A DNA stretch of 64,000 nucleotides, taken from the IMG/VR virus record IMGVR_UViG_3300036859_000726, positions 3,239 through 67,238 of that record; one strand, given 5' to 3'. Source of the DNA: a virus. Positions 57,011 through 64,000 of this stretch are shown here, in pieces (the stretch's first letter is position 1; each line of letters begins with the position of its first letter). Under the pieces are notes generated by a model that saw nothing but the letters and a program-made list of their open reading frames with translations, was not told the DNA's origin and made no database searches. The position numbers were made by a program, and so were the translations under genes.

Positions 57011-57441
57011 CAGAATGACTTCCCGCCAGGAGCGAGGCGAGCCTCCGGCTTATGGTCAGCACGACCGATGTTGTAGATCAGCTTCTCGCGCATTGCTCCG
57101 GAGAGATCATATCCGGCGGCGCCAGCATAGTCAAAGATGCGAATCAGGGCGTCGGCGAGTTCAACCTCTGCCATCTTGCGGTGCGGCAGGTGGGTGTCCA
57201 TCACACCCTTGCGCTCCCCCTCCATCGACTCGGCGACCTCGCTAACGATGAGCATTAAAAGCTCACCCTTGTTGCGATCCAGCGGCTCGCCTTCCTTGAG
57301 GCCGTGCCACCATTGGTAGTTGTTCAGATGGATGAACTTTGCCATCTCATTCAGACCATTGATTGCAGCCTCATTATCTGAGACGCGATTGATCTGGGAC
57401 GCTGCGCTGTGATCGCCGAAGTCTGATACGACTGTTCTCAT
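57010..57441 (-). CDS. MazG-like NTP pyrophosphohydrolase
   Basis: LMLIVSEVAESMEGERK...VELADALIRIFD. Confidence 0.8.
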   Translation of the reverse strand: MRTVVSDFGDHSAASQINRVSDNEAAINGLNEMAKFIHLNNYQWWHGLKEGEPLDRNKGELLMLIVSEVAESMEGERKGVMDTHLPHRKMAEVELADALIRIFDYAGAAGYDLSGAMREKLIYNIGRADHKPEARLAPGGKSF

Positions 57442-58094
57442 GATATGCTTGTCCTTACCTTGTTGTCGTCGGAGATAGGGTCGAAGCCGCGGATGACGAC
57501 TTCTTCCTCGAATCCTGTTGGAAATCTGAATTCTGCAGGCCGAGTCGTTGGCGGCACCAGACTTATCAGGTTGTGGTGTATAACGATCTCGGCTAGAGCT
57601 CTGACGTCATCAAGAGCTCTGTGGGTCTGTTTATATGGCTTGCCCATCGTGTGCTCATACAGCTCGATCAGCCGCATGCGGCGACCCCATATCGGTTCGA
57701 ATTCCTGGACGGTGCACATATTGTGGCGCGGCCAAGGGAAGTCCTTGATGGCTCCGGCGATGCGCAGCTCGTTGCTCAGCAGGGCGTGATCGAACGGTTG
57801 ATTGTGGGCTATCAAACAGTCTGCCTGAGAGAGGAATTCCTTGACTGCTGGAATATATGCCGCAAAAGATGGTGCGCTTTTCAGATCCTCGTTCTTCAAG
57901 CCTGTTATCCTGGTGATCTCAGGAGTGATCTGCTGATCCGGATGGCATAAGAACACAAGAGAGTCAAGCTCCTTGCCTGTGTGGTCAATAAGAACTGCAG
58001 CGAACTCAATGATTCGCGGTTGCAGCTTCGGCTTCGCATGTGGATGTAGCGTCAACCCAGTCGTTTCCGTATCAAACACAGCGCCGATGGTCAT
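57438..58094 (-). CDS. DEDDh 3'-5' exonuclease (DnaQ/epsilon-like)
   Basis: VFDTETTG; IAHNQPFD; HRALDD. Confidence 0.9.
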   Translation of the reverse strand: MTIGAVFDTETTGLTLHPHAKPKLQPRIIEFAAVLIDHTGKELDSLVFLCHPDQQITPEITRITGLKNEDLKSAPSFAAYIPAVKEFLSQADCLIAHNQPFDHALLSNELRIAGAIKDFPWPRHNMCTVQEFEPIWGRRMRLIELYEHTMGKPYKQTHRALDDVRALAEIVIHHNLISLVPPTTRPAEFRFPTGFEEEVVIRGFDPISDDNKVRTSIS

Positions 58095-58276
58095 GATCTA
58101 TCTTCCTCAATGGGTGGCTCCGCAGCCGTCTTGTCGAGTCGTTTGTCGTACACAGGGTTGTAGTGAGGGCCGGGCGCGCGACAAGTGCAACGTTCGCCAC
58201 ATGACACGAAGCAGAACTTCGTGCGAGTCCAGTAGCCTTCTTCGTTGTAATAGCCATCGCGCCTTCCGAACGTCAT
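58091..58276 (-). CDS. Small Cys-rich protein
   Basis: CFVSCGERCTC; coupled. Confidence 0.5.
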   Translation of the reverse strand: MTFGRRDGYYNEEGYWTRTKFCFVSCGERCTCRAPGPHYNPVYDKRLDKTAAEPPIEEDRS

Positions 58277-58443
58277 TCTGTGAATACCTCTGGCTTAATC
58301 CGCAGAACCCAATGTCCATCAGAGCGTTGTATCCACTCTCCTGCATTGATGCTGAAGCCATTGTGATCTTCAACCTCTATGAGGCCAGGACGATCATGGT
58401 CTGGAGGACCATCAAATACGACATCTATGAACGTCCTTGCCAT
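58273..58443 (-). CDS. Small conserved phage protein
   Basis: Read manually: MARTFIDVVFDGPPDHDRPGLIEVED...GEWIQRSDGHWVLRI. Confidence 0.6.
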   Translation of the reverse strand: MARTFIDVVFDGPPDHDRPGLIEVEDHNGFSINAGEWIQRSDGHWVLRIKPEVFTE

Positions 58444-58444
58444 G

Positions 58445-59119
58445 CTACACTCCGTATGGGATGTCGCATCCCGTCAGATACTTATGATGCGCTTTCGTGG
58501 TCAACAGATACGCTATCAGCCCTGCAACCTGGTCGGGCGGCGTTTCCTCGCCTATAAGGGATGCAGCGAGCTGACGATTTGCAACTGTCGTGGCGTCCCA
58601 GCCGCGGAGATCTGATGCCTGCCGATCAACGGTATCAGACATTCTCGTGTCCTTCAGCCTGTTCGGGCTGATTGAGAACACGGTCACATCCGGAGCCCAC
58701 TCTCGAGCCATCACGCGTGTAAGCATCAAGGCCGCTGACTTGCTGGAGCAATATGCAGCACTTGTCCTCATCGGCATATCAGCAGCTGAACTCACGATGT
58801 TCAGGATCGTGCCCTTGCTTGAGCGGAGGTCGTGAAGAAGATGCTGAGACATCTTCAGAATGCCCTTCACATTCACATCCATAACCTGGTCCCACTCCTT
58901 GGATGACACATTCTCGAGCCAGTTCAGCCTAACGATCCCTGCGCAGTTGATGAGCACATCAATTCCGCCATCTCTGAACTCACGATTGACGCTCGGATTG
59001 CGAACGTCCCCTCCGTGGGCTATGTCGAACGAAAGGACGGAATGCCCCGACCCGACAAGATGCTGGGCTATGCAAGCTCCAAGGCCGCTCGACGATCCTG
59101 TGACCACGATGCGACTCAC
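58445..59119 (-). CDS. SDR family NAD(P)-dependent oxidoreductase
   Basis: VTGSSSGLG; LINCAG; catalytic YCSSK. Confidence 0.9.
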   Translation of the reverse strand: MSRIVVTGSSSGLGACIAQHLVGSGHSVLSFDIAHGGDVRNPSVNREFRDGGIDVLINCAGIVRLNWLENVSSKEWDQVMDVNVKGILKMSQHLLHDLRSSKGTILNIVSSAADMPMRTSAAYCSSKSAALMLTRVMAREWAPDVTVFSISPNRLKDTRMSDTVDRQASDLRGWDATTVANRQLAASLIGEETPPDQVAGLIAYLLTTKAHHKYLTGCDIPYGV

Positions 59120-59826
59120 AGAGCCTCTCCTGATCGTTTGATGGATTCATAGAGCGCATCACGCTCCGCAGGCCAGGAGTGAGCGCCAAACGGGCGGCCA
59201 CCCCGGATCCATTCCGCATGGGTAGTGTCAACCATTTTCTGGTTGAACACGCAGATGTCCATTGGAATGATGGACTCCTTGATGCAGGCGTCTTGAAGGT
59301 TGATCAAGATTTCGAACGCCTCTCCAGGCGTGCGACCCCCGACCATCGCTCCGTGGCCCTCCATCAACACAGCATATCGCATGTGCCCGAAGGCTTCGAC
59401 CAGGCCATCATAGCGATTGAGTCCCTTGTATGGCATGAAACCAAGGAACTGCTCTGTGAAGAGCGCAGCGCCTTGATGAACCTGCCTGAGAATCCCAATC
59501 GCTGCGGCGGCGATGGTGTCCGGCGTATGCACATGAAGGATACAGTTGAACTCAGGCCGAGACTTGTAGATGTCGCGATGGATCCAGAATTGCGCGTTCG
59601 GCTTGATGCCGGCGCTGGTGGCGTCCACCCCATCCTCGTCTACCACAACGGAGTCAAGACTCGTCGTTGCCCAGAACGGACGCGGCCTTGCGATGTTGAT
59701 AAGCAGATGCTTGTTCTTCACGAGCATCGGCGACCGCATTGAACAGTGCAGGAACACTGAGTCGTCAAGACCCCGTGCCGCCATCGCTCGCATCATGAGC
59801 GCGAATTCAAGGTCTAACGCCATCAT
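59116..59826 (-). CDS. Class II aldolase/adducin family protein
   Basis: IHRDIYKSRPEFNCILHVHT...MEGHG (Zn-binding His triad). Confidence 0.85.
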   Translation of the reverse strand: MMALDLEFALMMRAMAARGLDDSVFLHCSMRSPMLVKNKHLLINIARPRPFWATTSLDSVVVDEDGVDATSAGIKPNAQFWIHRDIYKSRPEFNCILHVHTPDTIAAAAIGILRQVHQGAALFTEQFLGFMPYKGLNRYDGLVEAFGHMRYAVLMEGHGAMVGGRTPGEAFEILINLQDACIKESIIPMDICVFNQKMVDTTHAEWIRGGRPFGAHSWPAERDALYESIKRSGEAL

Positions 59827-60151
59827 CTTCCTTCTCCTTTGTTGCTTCTCGTAGCATGGCAGCGTAAACCATCAAGTCTTCTGCAGAGTCGACATGCCCT
59901 TCAACGATGTTTTGCGCATATCGCTTCATCTTGATAAGGCACATGACCATCAAATACAGATGCTGGGCAGCCTCTGGCGTTGTGATCTCCGGTATCTTGC
60001 CGCCGAACAGAGCGAGCAGAGCAGGACCTGTTGTCCGATAGGATGCGCCATATGCAGCATTCCTTTTGGAGAAAAGGCCTGCAGCCTCGTCCAGAAAGTC
60101 TGGAGCAGTGCGCTTCTTGATTAAGCTCGGGACATCATTTTCCGGTGGCAT
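59807..60151 (-). CDS. Nucleotide-modification-associated (Nmad1/DUF1599 or DUF6378-like) helical protein
   Basis: KRNAAYG...IKMKRY...DSAEDLMVYAAML; start MPPEND. Confidence 0.6.
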   Translation of the reverse strand: MPPENDVPSLIKKRTAPDFLDEAAGLFSKRNAAYGASYRTTGPALLALFGGKIPEITTPEAAQHLYLMVMCLIKMKRYAQNIVEGHVDSAEDLMVYAAMLREATKEKEDDGVRP

Positions 60152-60620
60152 GGTACAGGAACTCCTCGTCGTGGATTGCGCGATGGACGCCCGGAAGCCC
60201 GAGGTCGTTGTACATCTGAACGATTTCCCTTCTGTCGTCGTAGCAGGCATGCACATCCTCTGGATTGAACAGTCGTGTCAGAAGGTCGATCATCACAGCG
60301 CGCTTGAATTCTACAGCAGGCCGATAGTCGTTGAATGTTGGGCGCAAGTGCAAGAGATTCTCGCCGGGCTTTCTGCCATGCTTCATGAACCACTTCAGAC
60401 GAATTGCGCGATACTCGTCAGGCATGCCAGAGATGAAGTGGATCTGGAATGATCTCGGATATTGCATTTCCTTGATGAAGTCCGCCTTGTCCTGAATGCA
60501 GGCCTTGTGATACATGTGATACCTTGCCCAGCGAATCCCGCTCGGATGGTCCTGTATCAGATGAAGGCGATGATAGTCATCAGAGATGCAGTTGTCGATG
60601 TCGCAAATGATGAACTTCAT
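60135..60620 (-). CDS. HAD-superfamily phosphatase (PNKP phosphatase-like)
   Basis: ICDIDNCIS (DxD); YDDRREIVQMY. Confidence 0.8.
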   Translation of the reverse strand: MKFIICDIDNCISDDYHRLHLIQDHPSGIRWARYHMYHKACIQDKADFIKEMQYPRSFQIHFISGMPDEYRAIRLKWFMKHGRKPGENLLHLRPTFNDYRPAVEFKRAVMIDLLTRLFNPEDVHACYDDRREIVQMYNDLGLPGVHRAIHDEEFLYHATGK

Positions 60621-60928
60621 TTGACCTCCACGCCAGCAGCGAAGAGCGCAGCGGTTGCCTTGCCTTGCGCAGCCATTCGCTCTTCAGGAGTCACTGCGGC
60701 GAGCAGAGCCTTCAGCGCTCTAGCCATCGCAGGAGCCGCGGCAAGTCCGAGGATCTGTTCCTGTGTCGCCGCAACGCCTGCTGTAGCGATGACCTTTTCG
60801 CCCTGGCGAATACATAGGACGAATCCTTCCTTGGTTAGTCGCTCAACAGAGTAAGCACCAGCCTCTCGAGCGCGATTACGACTCATCGTAATCACCCGCT
60901 CAATCGATGCAGGCAACTTGTCCGTCAT
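60617..60928 (-). CDS. Hypothetical protein
   Basis: Coupled ORF. Confidence 0.55.
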   Translation of the reverse strand: MTDKLPASIERVITMSRNRAREAGAYSVERLTKEGFVLCIRQGEKVIATAGVAATQEQILGLAAAPAMARALKALLAAVTPEERMAAQGKATAALFAAGVEVK

Positions 60929-61122
60929 ATAAGCACGGCGATATCGGATAGCAGCTTGTTGCCGTCCTCCGCTGGGTCCTTCGCCAGATGTGCCTTGATC
61001 GCATCCTTGATCTTCTTGTCGCGAGCCGCGACCTGGTGAATGGCAGTCGCTTGGGCCGCCAGTTTCTGTTGCAGTTGACCAACTTGGTGCTGCAGATTAG
61101 TGATCCTTCCCATCTTGAGCAT
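60925..61122 (-). CDS. Hypothetical coiled-coil protein
   Basis: Coupled ORF. Confidence 0.55.
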   Translation of the reverse strand: MLKMGRITNLQHQVGQLQQKLAAQATAIHQVAARDKKIKDAIKAHLAKDPAEDGNKLLSDIAVLI

Positions 61123-61125
61123 CTC

Positions 61126-61845
61126 CTATTTCACGCCACGCATCTTGTCAACGATCTTCAGCAGCTTGCCTCGCTGCATCAGATCAGGGAAAGCCTCCTT
61201 CGCGAAGGCTTCAATCTCGTCGAAATAGTCGCGACCTTTGTCGCCGAATATGAAGTCGCTCGCCCAGGGCCAAACGGCGAGCACCTGAACCACCATCTCG
61301 GTGATCGCTGCTTGGTACTCAGCCTGCGTACGACCACCACTACGCGACCTTGCGAGGTCGGCAAAGTTGCGGAGGTTGTATTTGGCCACGATGTTCGTGG
61401 ACACATTCGTAGGTAGGATCGAGCGTGCATCCTCGACCGCGTGACCTCGACGCACGAGGAGCTTGTAGAGTTCAGACGTCCTTTCATTGTGGAGATTGAC
61501 AGCCTCCAGCGCGGCGGGGTCACCTCGGAATCTCTCCGGCATGACAAAGTCAAAGTTGGACATGTCGTTTACGCGCATAGACTGCTGAGCGTAGGATGCG
61601 CTCCGCGTCCGCACAAACTGGTGCGTGAAGTTCCGACTCACGCCCTGGATCAGGAATGTGACGTCAGCGAACTCATGAGAAGAGCGAATGGTGTTCGCGA
61701 TGTACTTCAGCTCCTCGTGCTTTCGCTCCTTGGGCCAAGCACGAATCTCGTTCATGAGGTTCGGCGAAAGAGTCAGACGTGTGCTCTTCGTGAAGATGAG
61801 CATCTCTGCGGCCTCTGGTGTGTAACTCAGCAGTGTAACCTTCAT
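61126..61845 (-). CDS. thyX: Flavin-dependent thymidylate synthase-like protein (RTR variant)
   Basis: HEFADVTFLIQGVSRNFTHQFVRTRSASYAQQSMR; ARSILP. Confidence 0.85.
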   Translation of the reverse strand: MKVTLLSYTPEAAEMLIFTKSTRLTLSPNLMNEIRAWPKERKHEELKYIANTIRSSHEFADVTFLIQGVSRNFTHQFVRTRSASYAQQSMRVNDMSNFDFVMPERFRGDPAALEAVNLHNERTSELYKLLVRRGHAVEDARSILPTNVSTNIVAKYNLRNFADLARSRSGGRTQAEYQAAITEMVVQVLAVWPWASDFIFGDKGRDYFDEIEAFAKEAFPDLMQRGKLLKIVDKMRGVK

Positions 61846-61847
61846 TG

Positions 61848-62747
61848 TCAGTCCTTTATGAGTCGTCTTGAATAACTATCTGCGTCCATCATCATCTTGA
61901 TGCGCCCGATGTCGTGAATCAGGTCATCAAGCAGGATATTGCGCCAGGTGGCAAAGCGACCGAGAGAGTAGATTCCTTGCTCTGAGAGCAGCCTGATAAT
62001 GCCGCGGCGAGTCGGCTCATCGATCGCAGAGATCTTGCCATACTTCTGCTTGGTCTCAGTAAGCTCAGTGATTTTGGGCAAACCGAATGCCTCTTCAAGC
62101 AAGTCTGTGCAGTCATAACCCATGTTTATGCTTTCAGCGATCAGAAGGTCGCCTGTGATGCTGGCTCGATAAAGATTGGTCACATCATCAGGGAAGTATA
62201 TGGTCTGATACAGATCGCAGTCCGGGACGCGATATCTCTGCACCTTGATGCTAGAGAAGCCAAAACTGGGCTTGTCGCTTACTATGAGCTGTCCATGCTC
62301 AAAAAGAGCTGGCATCGGTATTGTGCTGATAACAGGCGAATCAGCCTCTTTGCCGAAAACGAACTTCTCTCCCCAGTGGATGCGGTCGCCAACAGCCTCG
62401 ATCAGCTGGAAGTAGAAGTCTTCTGGAGCTATGAATCGCTCAACAGGATCAAGATTCCAGATGCTTCGATCGTTGGCTAGGCGAGACAGAACTTTGCGGC
62501 TGTACATGTTCGCATGCTGGATTGTTGGCTTGCAGAAATCGCCATCTGCCCACACACCCTTGCGAACTGTGACCTTCTTAAATGGGATGCCTGTGAGAGC
62601 AGACACTTGCTCGCCGCGAAAGCGAAGGACCGCTTTGTGATTCTCGACCGGAGCTTGGTTAGCTTCGAACACTGATGCCTTTGGCCACGCGTGGGCGGCG
62701 AGAAGGCCACTCAGCCCCGCACCCACAATAATCGGACTTTTGCTCAT
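61848..62747 (-). CDS. FAD-dependent oxidoreductase, UDP-galactopyranose mutase-like
   Basis: IIVGAGLSGLLAA; C-terminal LGRFATWRNILLDD. Confidence 0.75.
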   Translation of the reverse strand: MSKSPIIVGAGLSGLLAAHAWPKASVFEANQAPVENHKAVLRFRGEQVSALTGIPFKKVTVRKGVWADGDFCKPTIQHANMYSRKVLSRLANDRSIWNLDPVERFIAPEDFYFQLIEAVGDRIHWGEKFVFGKEADSPVISTIPMPALFEHGQLIVSDKPSFGFSSIKVQRYRVPDCDLYQTIYFPDDVTNLYRASITGDLLIAESINMGYDCTDLLEEAFGLPKITELTETKQKYGKISAIDEPTRRGIIRLLSEQGIYSLGRFATWRNILLDDLIHDIGRIKMMMDADSYSRRLIKD

Positions 62748-62792
62748 TATTCTACCTTATATGATACGTTAGAAGAGAGGCATACGAAAGTG

Positions 62793-64000
62793 CTAAAACT
62801 GCTCATCTTCAGCTGATTCCTTCGCCAGATGCTGTCGCCATAGTTCCTCACCGCGCAACGCCTCGTTTCTGAGTTTCGTTCTGTCTTTCTCAATGATCCA
62901 ATCGTCGCCACCGTTTAGGACAATCACGTCGTCCCATTCAATTGCTCCAGACACATTCTTGAATCGTATGCTGAGTCGCATATGCTGGGCATTGATCGCT
63001 GCAGCTGAATTCTTGAGTTTCCAGGCTGTGAACTTCTCTTCGTCAGAGCTTGCCTTGGAGTAGAGGCCGCCAGCCTCCATGTACATCTTGAAGGTTCTTG
63101 CTCGCATCACACGAGTCGGCCACTTCTCGTTGATCTCCCTTGCATGCTCAAGGTATGCAGGGGTTGCTTCAGCAGACATCGCTTTTGTCGCGTCAGATTC
63201 TGGAGCTCGACCAGCGCCGTCAAATCCAGTCAAATCGACCTGCTTGAGCACCTGATAGAATGACGCAACGACATCCTCCCTTTCGAGAAGAGAGTACAGC
63301 GCGTCGTAGTATGCTGCTCCATCATGATGGAAGTGCGAAGGATTCTTGATGACATACACGCGGCGATCAGTTGGCGTTAAAGGAAGTGCTGCCAGGTCGT
63401 TGGATGCACCGATTTTGACTGACACATTTGGTATGTTGAAATCTTTGACGTTCTTATCATTGATCTTGATGTCGTCATCCGTTATCAAGCTGTTGATCTT
63501 CGATCTAGTCCTCTTGCTGTCCCTCTCCGTGACTTCCTCGAAACACAGAAAGCGTGCAGAAGCCAACCAATTGTTGAACTGGGCTTCGAATACATCAGAC
63601 ATCGTTCCCTTGCAGACCACCTGCTTTGGAAACACCTTCTTGAGCAGTTTGAACACGAAGCCGCGACCAACACCATCCTGCGGCGTCACAAAAAGGACCA
63701 TCCAGTTGATTCGAATGCCTGGACGCTGAACAGCGAAAGCAAGGAACTGTGTGAGTACCTTGTAATGTCGAGCATCGTTGTTGCACAAGAACATCAAGTG
63801 GTCGAAAATGGGTTTTGCTAGTTCCTCACAATTCTCGAGATAAGGCTTCGACTCAAAAGGTGATGGTTTGCATCGATTGTAGTATCTCGCATTCCCCCTT
63901 CTGTAGTATGGGTATGGATCAGCAGGAGAGAATGTAACTCGGTCAACTGTCTGCCTGTCTCGATCGGCAAGCCATATTTTCGGCAGTGCGGTTGGACGAT
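62793..64000 (-). CDS. Primase-helicase (SF3/DUF5906-type), C-terminal part; N-terminus lies beyond the window
   Basis: Frame stays open to position 64000 (checked by hand); PQDGVGRG Walker A; LCFEE Walker B; IGASND motif C. Confidence 0.8.
   Translation of the reverse strand, partial: RPTALPKIWLADRDRQTVDRVTFSPADPYPYYRRGNARYYNRCKPSPFESKPYLENCEELAKPIFDHLMFLCNNDARHYKVLTQFLAFAVQRPGIRINWMVLFVTPQDGVGRGFVFKLLKKVFPKQVVCKGTMSDVFEAQFNNWLASARFLCFEEVTERDSKRTRSKINSLITDDDIKINDKNVKDFNIPNVSVKIGASNDLAALPLTPTDRRVYVIKNPSHFHHDGAAYYDALYSLLEREDVVASFYQVLKQVDLTGFDGAGRAPESDATKAMSAEATPAYLEHAREINEKWPTRVMRARTFKMYMEAGGLYSKASSDEEKFTAWKLKNSAAAINAQHMRLSIRFKNVSGAIEWDDVIVLNGGDDWIIEKDRTKLRNEALRGEELWRQHLAKESAEDEQF

Noticed and set aside
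57010-62747. Known modification systems (PurZ/dZ, 7-deazaguanine, hmC glucosylation)
   Set aside because: No PurZ, QueC/D/E, FolE, DpdA, dCMP hydroxymethylase or glucosyltransferase motifs were recognised in this block.
1-64000. Lysogeny module
   Set aside because: No integrase, CI/Cro-like repressor or ParA was recognised; the unseen part of the genome could still contain them.

Overview
The window is most of the genome of a lytic-looking tailed phage with a podovirus-type virion and a Gram-negative host. It has four blocks. (1) 1-14.6 kb (+): early/accessory genes, including a GHKL ATPase, a MazG-like protein, DUF932, two signal-peptide proteins and a tRNA-Ile(GAU)-like RNA whose D-loop is expanded to about 127 nt. 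(2) 14.6-16.4 kb: a mostly non-coding control region with G.U-rich hairpins, GAGGGCCGAG iteron-like repeats and a compositionally distinct island lacking GATC/TCGA/TGCA. (3) 16.4-49.4 kb (+): terminase, portal, scaffold, major capsid, tail/fibre, lysis and ejection-protein genes. Two nucleotide-signal sponge-like genes (Gp49/Acb4-like and DUF2829/Tad2-like) flank the portal, a glycosyltransferase sits among the fibre genes, and the last ejection protein carries a GGDEF-like domain. (4) 49.4-64 kb (-): a replication module resembling that of PB1-like phages (ligase, SNF2 helicase, DnaE, DnaQ-like exonuclease, ThyX-like enzyme, flavoprotein, primase-helicase cut by the window edge). It also contains an SDR, a class II aldolase, a HAD phosphatase and an Nmad/MazG-like protein, which together suggest a nucleotide-modification pathway. 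No integrase, repressor module or CRISPR array is visible. All family calls come from motif recognition by eye; no database searches were run.
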